A stretch of DNA of 64,000 nucleotides from Eledone cirrhosa (taxonomy: Eukaryota): NCBI GenBank assembly GCA_964016885.1, contig OZ024742.1:108810001-108874000 (forward strand), written 5' to 3'. Positions 1-17,500 of the stretch are shown here, one piece after another. A program made the translations under genes and the position numbers. Each line of letters opens with the position of its first letter. Positions within the stretch are counted from its first letter, which is position 1. Under the pieces are notes generated by a model, which worked only from the letters and a program-made list of their open reading frames with translations, was not told the DNA's origin and ran no database searches.

Positions 1-270
1 GGCAGCCTTTTGGGGTCACACACACCCCCGTAGAAAGCGTGCGACCTTTCTGCCAGGGAGCACAGAGAGAGGGGGTGCTCCCTTCTCTTACCTGTACAAG
101 CCGATATAGAGAGATGGCCCACTTACACGGGCCATTATTGCTACTTTCACCCATCTTTCATGGAATTGGCTGGGACTGAATGCCTTTCTCTCCACCTTGA
201 TCCTTCTTTCGAAGTGGTATCGGAAAAAGAGGACCGTTTGTTGGCCGGCGACATATCCCCACAGATCGGC
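1..270 (-). mobile_element. Probable 3' end of an L1/Tx1-like LINE ORF2 remnant
   Basis: Minus-strand peptide ...[41 protein letters not shown] resembles the C-terminus of Tx1/L1-type ORF2 proteins (recalled similarity, not searched). Confidence 0.4.
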
Positions 271-375
271 AAAAAAAACAAACAAACAAACAAAAACGTG
301 GCAAATAAAGAAATCTATGCCCCAGCGGTAAATAAATCGCAAAAAAAAACAATAAATAAATCTATATTTCTTTTG

Positions 376-380
376 GTGTG

Positions 381-423
<43 letters not shown>

Positions 424-715
424 TTATATGTATATATATGTGTATATAAATATATGTATATATGTGTGTATATGTATATAAATATATGTGTATATGTATA
501 TATATGTATATATGTGTGTATGTGTATATATATATATATTTATATGTATATATATGTGTATATAAATATATGTATATATATATATATTTATATGTATATA
601 TATGTGTATATAAATATATGTATATATATGTATATTTATATGTATATAAATATATGTATATATGTATATATATGTGCATATATATATATGTATGTATATA
701 TGTATATATATGTGC

Positions 716-746
<31 letters not shown>

Positions 747-841
747 TGTGCATATATATATATGTATATATATATGCATATATATATGTGCATATATGTA
801 TATATATGTGCGTATATATATATGTGCATATATATATATAT
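376..841. repeat. (TA)n/(TATG)n microsatellite tract
   Basis: Direct reading. Confidence 0.97.
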
Positions 842-842
842 G

Positions 843-1021
843 AAAAAGCACCCAGCACTCACTGTAAATGAGGTTGGTATTAGGAAGGGCATCCAGCTGT
901 AGAAATCAAGCCAAATCATGTATGAGCAAGGCATGGCAGCCGACCAGACACTGCCCACAACAGGACAATCCGTCTAACCCATGCTAGCGTGGAAGAACAG
1001 ACGTAAAACGGTGATGATGAT
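843..1021 (+). mobile_element. 5'-truncated SINE (RTE-type tail)
   Basis: AAAAGCACCCAGCACTCACTGTAAATGAGGTTGG...GGAAGGGCATCCAGCTGTAG...AACCCATGCTAGCGTGGAA...GATGATGAT, shared with the SINE at 9703-10049. Confidence 0.8.
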
Positions 1022-1379
1022 ATGTGCATATATATATGTGCATATATATATATGTAGATATATGTGCATATATATATATCTATATATATGAGTATATATA
1101 TATGTGTATATATATGTGTATATATATATGTATATATATGAGTTGGTGTGTGAGTGGCATGTATATGTGTATATATATATATGTATATGTGTTTATATAT
1201 GTATATATATGAGTTGGTGTGTGAGTGGCGTGTGTGTTTGTAGTTTGTATGCATGAGTGTAGTGTGTGTGTCATGTCAATAAGTGGGTTTTTTTGTGGGG
1301 GGGGGGGGGGGGTTATGACCATGCTGTAAAATGGAGGGGTACAGAGGGCACTTGAGTCTAGTAAGACATCCTCTCTAGT

Positions 1380-3945
1380 GCTGTAGTGCTGGTGGCACAA
1401 ATAAAAGCACCCAGTCCATGCTGTAAAGTGGCGCTGGTGTTAGGAAGGGCATCCAACCAGTGCCAAAACGCTTATCAGCACAGCAACAAATAGATAGGAA
1501 CAACAACAAAATATGAAGACGTCACATCTCAGAGTTGCAACACTTAATGTTGGCACTCTCAGAGGTAGATCTGCTGAAATAGCGGAGATGTTGGAGAGAA
1601 GGCATGTGGATGTGTGCTGCGTGCAAGAGGTGAGGTGGAGAGGTGCCTCTGCAAGACTAGTCGTAGGCAAACATCTTAGCTATAAGCTTTTCTGGGTAGG
1701 TAAGGATGATGGGTTAGGGGCAGTAGGCATTTTCCTGGCTGAGAGATGGATCAGTAAGACAATAGAGGTAGTTCGAGTTAGTCATCGAATAATTAAGCTT
1801 AGATTAGTTGTAGGCAGGAGACTACTGACAATCATCTCTGCCTATGCTCCCCAAGCAGGCCTAGGCGAAGATGAGAAAGACTGCTTTTACGAGCTACTTT
1901 TACAAACAACCGCAATGACAGAGGACGGAGACATCATTATGCTAGCAGGGGACTTCAATGGTCATGTTGGACAGCTCCAGGATGGTTACCCTGGGGTACA
2001 TGGTGGGCACGGTTACGGCTCAAGAAATGAAGGAGTGAGACTTCTTGAATTTTGTGATGCAAGTACACTGACTATTTGCAACACAAACTTCCAGAAACCT
2101 GCCAACCACCTAATAACCTACAAATCTGGCGAGCACATAAGCCAGATTGACTTCTTACTAGTTAGGTAGGCAGCGGGACAGGCAGATAGTGTCTAATACC
2201 AAGGCATACCTTGAGGAAGAATGTACCCCACAGCATAGGTTAGTCGTTAGTGATATCTCAGTTAGCAAGAGATGGAATGAGACATACAGGAAGGTGTGGA
2301 GAAGAAAGGTCTGGAAGCTAAAAGACCTTTCACTAAAATACAAATTTAGGAAAGCCCTTCAAGATGTGTATGACGAAAAAGAAGACGATTTAGAGACATA
2401 TGACATAGATAATAACTGGAATTTCTTACGTGACAACTTACTGCAGGCTACTGATGAAACTTGTGGTTGGAGCTCTGACAGAGAGTGACCTGGTGGTGGA
2501 ACAGCACAGTAGATAAGGCCATTAGAGACAAAAGACTAGCATTGAAGGCTTGGAAAAAGGGTGGGAGTAGGGAAGAATATACAGCCGCTAAGAGAGAAGC
2601 TAGATGTCAGGTGTACTTAGCACGCAGGGAGGCTGAGAGTAGGAGGTTTGCCAATGTTCTGCGACGGGAAGATCAGAGGCATGTGGTGTTCCACATTGCA
2701 AGGCAGTGTGTCGATGCAAATCAGGATGTTGTTGGAGATAAATGTGTCCGGAACGATGCCGGTGTACTTCAGGTCACGAATGTTCAGAAAAAGGAGACCT
2801 GGAAATGTCATTATGAGAGACTAATGAATGTGGAGAACGAATGGGAGAGAGAGAAATTACCCTCAGTAGATCCGACAGAGAGACCAGCTATTGAGATTGA
2901 CGAATATAGGGTCCAAGAGGCGATTAAGGAAATGAAAAATGGTAAGGCTGCTGGACCATCAGGAATAGTTGCTGAGATGCTGAAGGCATCAGGGGACATA
3001 GCCACTAAACTGGTTGCATGCATCATCAATCAAGCTATATATGGTGGTGTTATACCCAAAGACTGGTGCAGCAGTATTCTCATAAATTGCTATAAAGTTA
3101 AAGGGGATGCTCTGGAGAGGAGCAATTATAGGGGTATAAAACTGATGGATCGGGTTATGAAAGTGGCAGAAAGGATATTAGCACAACTAATTAGAGAAAG
3201 GGTCAAACTAGATGAGATGCAGTTTGGTTTTGTGCCTGGGAAGAGTACAACAGATGCCCTCTTCTTGGTGAGACAGTTGCAAGAGAGGTTCTTAGAGAAA
3301 AATAAGCCACTATACTTAGCCTTTGTTGACCTAGAGAAGGCCTTTGATAGGGCACCCTGATCTGTCATCTGGTGGTCCATAAGGAAATTAGGTGTTGAGG
3401 AATGGCTTGTGAGGACAGTGCAAACTTTGTACAGAGGTACTGTCAGTAAAGTCAGGGTAGGAATGGAGTTTAGTGAGGAATTCCAGATACAAGTAGGAGT
3501 ACATCAAGTTTCGATCCTCACCCCGCTCTTGTTCATTATAGTCCTCCAAGCCATAACAGAGGAGTTTAAGACTGGCTGTCCATGGGAACTTCTCTATGCT
3601 GATGATGAGATTCTTATAGCAGAATCAGTAGAGGAGCTAGAGAATAAATTCTGGCTATGGAAACAGCAGTTGGAAGCAAGAGGACCGAGAGTGAACCTAG
3701 CTAAGACAAAAAGTGTTGATGAGTAGAAAAGAAGAAAAAACTCTGATTCCGTCAGGGAAATGGCCATGTTCGATATGCAGAAAAGGAACTGGCATAAATT
3801 CTATAAAATGCACACAATGCAGATCCTGGATACACAAGAGATGTACTGGGATAGCAGGCAAAGTAACAGGTAGGGAGAAATATGTATGCAGTAGATGTAC
3901 AGGAAAAATTACAAAAACCGAGCATTATAATAAATGTTCGGTGAA
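1380..3945 (+). mobile_element. Degenerate RTE-clade LINE, older family A (APE + RT + PHD-like finger), 3' end missing
   Basis: ORF pieces 1513-2169 (APE: ATLNVGTL, VQEVRW, AGDFNGH), 2189-2488, 2485-3360 ([10 protein letters not shown]), 3409-3726 (LYADD) and 3713-3940 (CSIC..CTQC..HKRC..CSRC). Broken by stops and frameshifts. Confidence 0.92.
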
Positions 3946-4147
3946 TCCATACGTACATATATATATGTGTGCATGTATGTATATATATATATACATACTA
4001 CTGTATGTCTGTATGTATACATACTTATATATACGTATATATATATATATATGTATATATATATGTATATATATATGTATATATATATATGTATATATAT
4101 ATATGTATATATATATATATGTATATATATATGTATATATATATATG

Positions 4148-4195
<48 letters not shown>

Positions 4196-4197
<2 letters not shown>

Positions 4198-5277
4198 AGA
4201 ACATAGATTTTACATGTGGCCGGTGCTCTGGTGCAATAAGTAGCAGCAAGTGCCCACAAACTACTAGCTCTTTCAATTGCGCAGAGGGTTCTATAGAAAT
4301 AGTGGACAGCTTCCGTTACCTGGGCGATAAAATCAGCAGTGGGGGAGGGTGCTCTGAAAGTACTGTAGCTAGAGTCAGAACTGGTTGGAAAAAGTTCAGA
4401 GAGCTTATACCACTATTAGCTGCTAAAGGGTTCTCACTAAAAATGAAAGGCAGGTTGTACGATGCCTGCATACGAACAGCAATGCTGCATGGCAGTGAGA
4501 CCTGGGCATTGTGTGCAGAGGATATACGCAGACTAGAGAGGAACGAAGCTTGCATGCTCCGCTGGATGTGTAACAGTAATATACGTGAACGGCAAAGCAT
4601 AAACGAACTAAGGAATAAATTAGAGATAAGCGGGATCAGATGTTGTTTACTCGAGAGAAGGCTACGTTGGTATGGACACGTGATGCGCATGAAAGTCGAT
4701 AGCTGTATAACAAAGTGCAGGGCAATAAAGATAGACGGTAGTCACGGAATAGGCAGACCTAGAAAAACCTGGGACGAGCTGATAAACTCCGACATCACAC
4801 ACTTACACCTCTCCAAGACTATGTCACTGGACCGAGACCTTTGGCGGTACTCAGTAACAGAGAAGACCCGCCTTACCTAAATATATAGTAAAACCTACTC
4901 CAGCCAGTAGGCATCTCTAACAAAATACACCCCGTCCCACCACCCCCCACCCCCACCCGATCCACACCACCCCGTTCTATGTAAAGTTATGTTGGTGCCG
5001 CGCCATCGAGGCCGAAACAAATGAGATCGTGTAGGTGTCACGACAAAAAAACACACAGTCCACGCTGTAATGTGGCCGTGTAGGCAACACGGTAAAAACC
5101 TCCCAGACCCACACTGTAAATGTGGTTGGTGTTAGGAAGGGCATCCAACTGTAGAAAACCTGCCAGACAGTCCTATGCGAGCAAGACAATCACTCTTGCC
5201 TCAAGTGGGACTACCCCCGTCCAAACCCATGCAAGCGTGGAACACGGACGTTAAACGTTGATGATGATGATGATGAT
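4196..5277 (+). mobile_element. 5'-truncated RTE LINE, young family B
   Basis: [10 protein letters not shown]...FRYLG...HGSETW...RLRWYGHV...GRPRKTW, stop at 4880, 3' UTR and (GAT)n tail. Near-identical to the full-length copies. Confidence 0.95.
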
Positions 5278-9700
<4,423 letters not shown>

Positions 9701-9702
9701 TC

Positions 9703-10049
9703 TCATCATCATCATCATCATCATCATTTTACGTCCGCTTTTCCCTGCTTGCAAGGGTGGGACGGGAACTGATTCTGGCTTGATTTCTACAGCCGGATGC
9801 CCTTCCTAACACCAACCTCATTCACAGTGAGTGCTGGGTGCTTTTTTGCCGTGGCACCTACACGTCCACTTTGCAGTGGAATGATAGGGACCCCGGTCTC
9901 TATCATCTCATTTCTACAGCTGAGTAAACTGGAGCAATGTGAAATAAAGTGTCTTGCTCAAGGAAACAACACATCACCTGGTCTGAGAATTGAACTCACA
10001 ACCTTTCAATTGCAAGGCCAATGCTCTAACCACTAAGCCATGTGCCTCC
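9703..10049 (-). mobile_element. Full-length tRNA-derived SINE with RTE-type tail
   Basis: Minus strand: GGAGGCACA-TGGCTTAGTGG (A box)...GAGTTCAATTC (B box), core TCCTTGAGCAAGACACTT, GGAAGGGCATCC motif, (GAT)n tail. Confidence 0.9.
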
Positions 10050-10066
10050 ATATCTATATACATAGT

Positions 10067-10456
10067 TAAATACATAGTAAAACCTACTACAGCCAGTAGG
10101 CATCTCTAACAAAATACACCCCGTCCCACCACCACCACCCCCACCCCATCCACACCACCCCGTTTTATGTAAAGTTATGTTGGTGCCGCGCCATCCAGGC
10201 CGAAACAAATGAGATCGTGTAGGTGTCACGACAAAAAAACACACAGTCCACGCTGTAATGTGGCCGTGTAGGCAACACGGTAAAAACCTCCCAGACCCAC
10301 ACTGTAAATGTGGTTGGTGTTAGGAAGGGCATCCAGCCGTAGAAAACCCGCCAGACAGTCCTATGCGAGCAAGACAACCACTCTTGCCTCAAGTGGGAAA
10401 ACCCCCGTCCAAACCCATGCAAGCGTGGAATATGGACGTTAAACGATGATGATGAT
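10067..10456 (+). mobile_element. RTE family B 3' UTR-only copy
   Basis: Matches 4878-5277, (GAT)n tail. Confidence 0.92.
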
Positions 10457-10945
10457 ATGATGTGTATATATATGTGTATATATATATATGTATATATATG
10501 TGTATATATATATAGATATATATATATATATGTGTATATATATATATGTGTATATATATATATGTGTATATATATATGTGTGTATATATATATGTATATA
10601 TATATGTGTATATATAGATGTGTATATATATGTGTGTATATATATGTGTGTATATATAGATGAGCATATATAGATGTGTATATATAGATGTGTATATATA
10701 TATATGTATATATATGTGTATATATATATGTATATATATGTGTATATATATATGTATATATATGTGTATATATATATGTATATATATATGTATATATATG
10801 TGTATATATATATGTATATATATGTGTATATATATATATGTATATATATGTGTATATATATATATATGTATATATATGTGTATATATATATGTATATATA
10901 GATGTGTATATATGTATATATAGATGTGTATATATGTATATATAC

Positions 10946-12352
10946 ATTCCAAACGTGGAAGCACGGCCTAGAATCAAAAGGCCTTAAAATTAACCTGGCT
11001 AAGACTAAAGTTCTAGTTTGTAGGAAAGAAAATAAGGCGGCGGTCCCATCGGGGAAATGGCCATGCTCAGTGTGTAGGAAAGGCGTAGGTAGAAACTCCA
11101 TTTTATGTCCCAAATGCAAAGTATGGGTGCATAAAAGATGTAGTGGGATCACAGGTAAGCTAACTAAGAACATAGATTTTACATGTGGCCGGTGCTCTGG
11201 TGCAATAAGTAGCAGCAAGTGCCCACAAAATACTAGCTCCTTCAACTGCGCAGAGGGTTCTATAGAAATAGTGGACAGCTTCCGTTATCTGGGTGACAAA
11301 ATCAGCAGTGGGGGAGGGTGCTCTGAAAGTACAGTAGCTAGAGTCAGAACTGGATGGAAAAAGTTCAGAGAGCTTATACCACTATTAGCCGCTAGAGGGT
11401 TCTCCCTAAAAATGAAAGGCAGGTTATACGATGTCTGCATACGAACAGCAATGCTGCATGGCAGTGAGACCTGGGCATTGTGTGCAGAGGATATACGCAG
11501 ACTAGAGAGGAACGAAGCTTGCATGCTCCGCTGGATGTGCAATAGTAATATACGTGAACGGCAAAGCATAAACGAACTAAGGAAAAAATTAGAAATAAGA
11601 GGGATCAGATGTTGTTTACTCGAGAGAAGGCTACGTTGGTACGGTCACGTGATGCGCATGAAAGACGACAGCTGTATAACAAAGTGCAGGGCAATAAAGA
11701 TAGACGGTAGCCACGGAGTAGGCAGACCCAGAAAAACATGGGACGAGCTGATAAATTCCGACCTCACACGCTTACACCTCTCCAAGACAATGTCACTGGA
11801 CCGAGACCTTTGGCGGTACTCAGTAATAGAGAAGACCCGCCTTACCTAAATACAAAGTAAAAACCTACAGTCAGTAGGCATCTCTATCAAAACACACCCC
11901 CGTCCCACCACCCCCACCCCATCCACACCGCCCCTTTCAATGTAAAGTTATGTTGGTCCCACAACATCCAGGCCGAAACAAATGAGATCGTGTAGGTGTC
12001 ACGACAAAAAACACACAGTCCACGCTGTGAACGTGGCCGTGTAGGCAACACAGTAAAAACCTCCCAGCCCCACACTGTAAATGTGTTTGGTGTTAGGAAG
12101 GGCATCCAGCTGTAGAAAACCCGCCAGACAGTCCACGCTGTAATGTGGCCGTGTAGGCAACACGGTAAAAACCTCCCAGCCCCACACTGTAAATGTGGTT
12201 GGTGTTAGGAAGGGCATCCAACTGTAGAAAACCCGCCAGACAGTCCTATGCGAGCAAGACAACCACTCTTGCCTCAAGTGGGAAAACCCCCGTCCAAACC
12301 CATGCAAGCGTGGAACACGGACGCTAAACCTGATGATGATGATGATGATGAT
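10946..12352 (+). mobile_element. 5'-truncated RTE family B copy with a ~113-bp tandem duplication in the 3' UTR
   Basis: [11 protein letters not shown]...EKTRLT* (to 11849). Duplicated units at 12015-12127 and 12128-12239. Confidence 0.95.
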
Positions 12353-12515
12353 ACATGTGTATATATGTATATATAGATGTGTATATATATATATATATAT
12401 GTGTGTGTATATATAGAGGTGTATATATAGATGTGTATATATGTGTATATATATATGTGTATATATATATACATGTGTGTATATATATGTGTATATATTT
12501 ATACATATGTGTATA

Positions 12516-12560
<45 letters not shown>

Positions 12561-12586
12561 ATATATATATATATGTATATTATGTG

Positions 12587-12619
<33 letters not shown>

Positions 12620-12628
12620 GTGTATATA

Positions 12629-12671
<43 letters not shown>

Positions 12672-12708
12672 ATATATATATGTATTTATATATATATATA
12701 TGTCTATA

Positions 12709-12747
<39 letters not shown>

Positions 12748-12764
12748 ATGTATATATATATATA

Positions 12765-12821
<57 letters not shown>

Positions 12822-13306
12822 GTGTATATATATATATATGTGTATATATATATATATGTGTATATATATATATATGTGTATATATATGTGTATATATATA
12901 TATATGTGTATATATATATATATGTGTATATATATATATATGTGTGTATATATATATATGTGTATATATATATATGTGTATATATATATGTGTGTATATA
13001 TATATATGTGTGTATATATATATGTGTGTATATATATATGTGTATATATATATATGTGTATATATATATATGTGTGTATATATATGTGTATATATATGTG
13101 TATATATATGTGTATATATATGTGTATATATATGTGTGTATATATGTGTATATATATATGTGTGTATATATGTGTATATATATGTGTGTATATATGTGTG
13201 TATATATGTGTATATATATATGTGTGTATATATGTGTATATATATATATGTGTGTATATATATGTGTATATATATATGTGTATATATATATGTGTATATA
13301 TATGTG
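12353..13306. repeat. (TA)n/(TGTG) microsatellite tract
   Basis: Direct reading. Confidence 0.97.
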
Positions 13307-13565
13307 TTATTTCAGAGTTTTCCTTCTACAATTCTGCCTTCACAGCACAGGCATTACTTTATATCTGCAGATCTCTCTGCACTTGTCGTCACATGGTACC
13401 ATTGGCCCAGCACTGTGTCAATAATTGTCGCAAATGTAGTGTTTGTACCAGAGTTTTCAAGTCGCTGGCTGGACTAAAATGTCGCACTCGTTCAGCGCAT
13501 TGGTAGGGGTTCTCCTACATTGATATAAAGTAGTGGCCGTACTCGAAATCGAGTTGGCAGCCACC
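13307..13565 (+). mobile_element. Short RTE-derived element, 5'-inverted copy
   Basis: 13339-13565 matches ~14058-14285. 13307-13340 is the reverse complement of 13904-13940. Encodes a C2H2-like remnant [22 protein letters not shown]. Confidence 0.75.
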
Positions 13566-13677
13566 ATATATATATGTATATATATATGTGTGTATATATA
13601 TATATATGTATATATATAGATGTGTATATATATATATGTGTGTATATAGATGTGTATATATATGTGTGTATATAGAT

Positions 13678-14285
13678 GTCAGGTCACCAGTTGGTGCTAC
13701 TGGTAACATGTATCCCAGTACAACCTGTTTCATGGTCGGGTCGTTGGCGACTAAACTGGCAACCCCACCAAGTTTTCTTGGTGAGGAGGGTGACTTTGGA
13801 CATCCTGCAGGACTAAAAACAAAACCTGTCAAAGGGCAAAGGAGCTCTTAAGAGTCAATGGCCATCCAAAATCACCGGGAGAGATGACCCCTTAGCCTTT
13901 GTCAAGGCAGAATTCTAGGAGAAGGAAAACTCTGATATAACACCTGCAACCCTGATGGTATCCAATGATGTTGACTTGTTCTTCTTTTTGGTAAATATCA
14001 TCTTGGTTAAGAGAGTGGGACTGGCTTTGTGCAGTGCCTTTGCTCACTATAAAAGCTTCATGGCACAGGCATTGCTTTATATCTGGAGATCTCTCTGCAC
14101 TTGTCGTCACATGGTACCATGGGCCCAGCACTATGTGTCAATAATTGTCACAAGTGTAGTGTTTGTACCAGAGTTTTCAAGTCGCTGGCTGGACTCAAAA
14201 GTCACACTCGTTCAGCGTATCGGTAGGGGTTCTCCTACATGGATATAAAGTAGTGGCCGTACTCGAAAACGAGTTGGCAGCCACC
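13678..14285 (+). mobile_element. Internally deleted (bipartite) non-autonomous RTE-derived element, ~610 bp
   Basis: 5' part carries the RTE 5' UTR-type motif AGGAGAAGGAAAACTCTGA. 3' part is a degenerate zinc-finger ORF end plus GTACTCGAAA.CGAGTTGGCAGCCACC followed by (AT)n. Confidence 0.65.
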
Positions 14286-14466
14286 ATATATATATATGTG
14301 TGTATATAGATGTGTATATATATATATGTGTGTATATAGATGTGTATATATATATGTGTGTATATATATGTGTATATATATATATATGTGTATATATATA
14401 TATGTGTATATATATATATGTGTATATATATATATGTGTATATATATATATGTGTATATATATATA

Positions 14467-14497
<31 letters not shown>

Positions 14498-14512
14498 GTG
14501 TATATATATATA

Positions 14513-14543
<31 letters not shown>

Positions 14544-14551
14544 GTGTATAT

Positions 14552-17500
14552 ATCATCATCATCATCATCATCAACGTTTAACGTCCGTGTTCCACGCTTG
14601 CATGGGTTTGGACGGGGGTAGTCCCACTTGAGGCAAGAGTGATTGTCTTGCTCACATAGGACTGTCTGGCAGGTTTTCTACAGTTGGATGCCCTTCCCAA
14701 CACCAACCACATTTACAGTGTGGGTCTGGGAGGTTTTTACCGTGTTGCCTACACGGCCACATTACAGCGTGGACTGTGTGTTTTTTTGTCGTGACACCTA
14801 CACGATCTCATTTGTTTCGGCCTCGATGGCGCGGCACCAACATAACTTTACATAGAACGGGGTGGTGTGGATGGGGTGGGGGTGGTGGTGGTGGGACGGG
14901 GTGTATTTTGTTAGAGATGCCTACTGGCTGGAGTAGGTTTTACTATATATTTAGGTAAGGCGGGTCTTCTCTGTTACTGAGTACCGCCAAAGGTCTCGGT
15001 CCAGTGACATTGTCTTGGAGAGGTGTAAGTGTGTGATGTCGGAGTTTATCAGCTCGTCCCAGGTTTTTCTAGGTCTGCCTATTCCGTGACTACCGTCTAT
15101 CTTTATTGCCCTGCACTTTGTTATACAGCTATCGACTTTCATGCGCATCACGTGTCCATACCAACGTAGCCTTCTCTCGAGTAAACAACATCTGATCCCT
15201 CTTATCTCTAATTTTTTCCTTAGTTCGTTTATGCTTTGCCGTTCACGTATATTACTGTTACACATCCAGCGGAGCATGCAAGCTTCGTTCCTCTCTAGTC
15301 TGCGTATATCCTCTGCACACAATGCCCAGGTCTCACTGCCATGCAGCATTGCTGTTCGTATGCAGGCATCGTACAACCTGCCTTTCATTTTTAGTGAGAA
15401 CCCTTTAGCAGCTAATAGTGGTATAAGCTCTCTGAACTTTTTCCAACCAGTTCTGACTCTAGCTACAGTACTTTCAGAGCACCCTCCCCCACTGCTGATT
15501 TTATCGCCCAGGTAACGGAAGCTGTCCACTATTTCTATAGAACCCTCTGCGCAATTGAAAGAGCTAGTAGTTTGTGGGCACTTGCTGCTACTTATTGCAC
15601 CAGAGCACCGGCCACATGTAAAATCTATGTTCTTAGTTAGCTTACCTGTGATCCCACTACATCTTTTATGCACCCATACTTTGCATTTAGGACATAAAAT
15701 GGAGTTTCTACCTACGCCTTTCCTACACACCGAGCACGACCATTTCCCAGAAGGGACCGCCGCCTTGTTTTCTTTCCTACAAACTAGTACTTTGGTCTTA
15801 GCCAGGTTAATTTTAAGTCCTTTTGACTCTAGGCCGTGCTTCCATGTTTGGAATTTCTTCTCTAGCTCGGCCATTGATTCCGCTATGAGTGTCAGGTCGT
15901 CTGCGTATAGGAGTTCCCATGGGCAGCCTGTCTTGAACTCCTCTGTTATAGCCTGAAGGGCAATAATAAATAGTAGTGGGCTGAGAACAGAGCCCTGATG
16001 GACGCCAACTTTTACGCTAAACTCTTCACTATATTCGTTGTTAATTCTAACCTTGCTGACTGTTTCTTTATACATGGCTTGTATAGCCCTCACAAGCCAT
16101 TCGTCAACGCCTAGTTTTCTAAGAGCCCACCAGATAATGGAGCGGGGGACTCTGTCGAAGGCTTTCTCCAAGTCGACAAAAGCTAAGTAGAGGGGTTTAC
16201 CTTTAGCTAGGTACTTCTCCTGTAGTTGTCGTACTATGAAAAGAGCGTCTGTGGTACTTTTGCCTGACACAAACCCGAACTGCATTTCATCTAGGTCAAT
16301 TCTCTCTCTGATTAGTTGCGCTATTACTTTTTCCGTGACCTTCATGACCTGGTCGATTAATTTAATGCCTCTATAGTTACTCCTATCTAGGGCGTCTCCT
16401 TTACCCTTATAACAGTTAACGATGATGCTGCTATGCCAGTCCTTTGGAACAACCCCATTCTGTACGACTTGGTTAACTATGCGGGTGACCATGGTGTGTC
16501 CCACCGTGCCAGATGCCTTCAGCATCTCAGCAACTATTTCCGAAGGCCCAGCCGCCTTACCCGTCTTCATATCCTTGATTGCCTTACTTATTATACTCCC
16601 CTCGACTAACACTGCTGGTCCCTCTATTGGGTCGATATGGGGGAGACTGCCTTTCTCCCAATTATTCTCCTCATTTAGTAGCCTTTCATAGTGACACTTC
16701 CAAGCTACCTTCTTATCAGCGTCGGTGATGGCAAGTGTGCCATCGTCGTTTAGTACACACTTCTCCCCGACAATATCACGGTTTTCCTTGACGCATTGCC
16801 TAGCAATCCTGAACACCTCACGTTTTTGGTCATCGCGTTGTAGGACATGCTTGAACTTTCTTTCCTCAGCTTCCCTTCTTGCTAAGTACACTTGTCTCCT
16901 AGCTTCCCTCCTGGCCACTTGATAGTCCTCTCTACTTCCCCCATCCCGCCATACTTTCCAAGCCTGCTTTTTGGCCTTAATTGACCCCTCCACCCTACTG
17001 TTCCACCACCATGTTACTCTCCTCCTGCCTACAGGCCTGCTCCAGCCACAGACTTCGTCTGTCGCCAACAGCAGGTTTGCTTTCAGAAATTCCCACTCTC
17101 CCTCTATATTGTCCGACTCTAAATGTTCTTCCTTACTGTCGAAAGCATCAAGTAATATGCTTTGAAATTTATTCCTGGCTGTGGGGTCCTTTAGGTTCCA
17201 TATTTTCCTCCTGAGGATAGTCCTCTTCTGTTGTCGAGTACGTCTCGTCCTGACTATGAGGTCGCTAATTATCAGTCTATGTTGGGAGGTGCATTCTTCA
17301 TGGGGGAGGGATTTAGTGTTTACAACAGACACTCTGCCACGTCTTCTGGTAAGGATATAATCTACCTGGCTTGTGTGTTCCCCGGATCTATAGGTGATCA
17401 GGTGATTGTCACGTTTTTTGAAGTTAGTGTTACAGATAGTTAGGTTATTTGCATCACAGAATTCCAGGATTCTGGAGCCTTCCTCATTTCTAGTACCAAA

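Noticed and set aside
9975-10049. tRNA gene (also at 46861)
   Set aside because: The A/B boxes belong to a SINE head continuing into core and tail, and I could not fold a complete cloverleaf.
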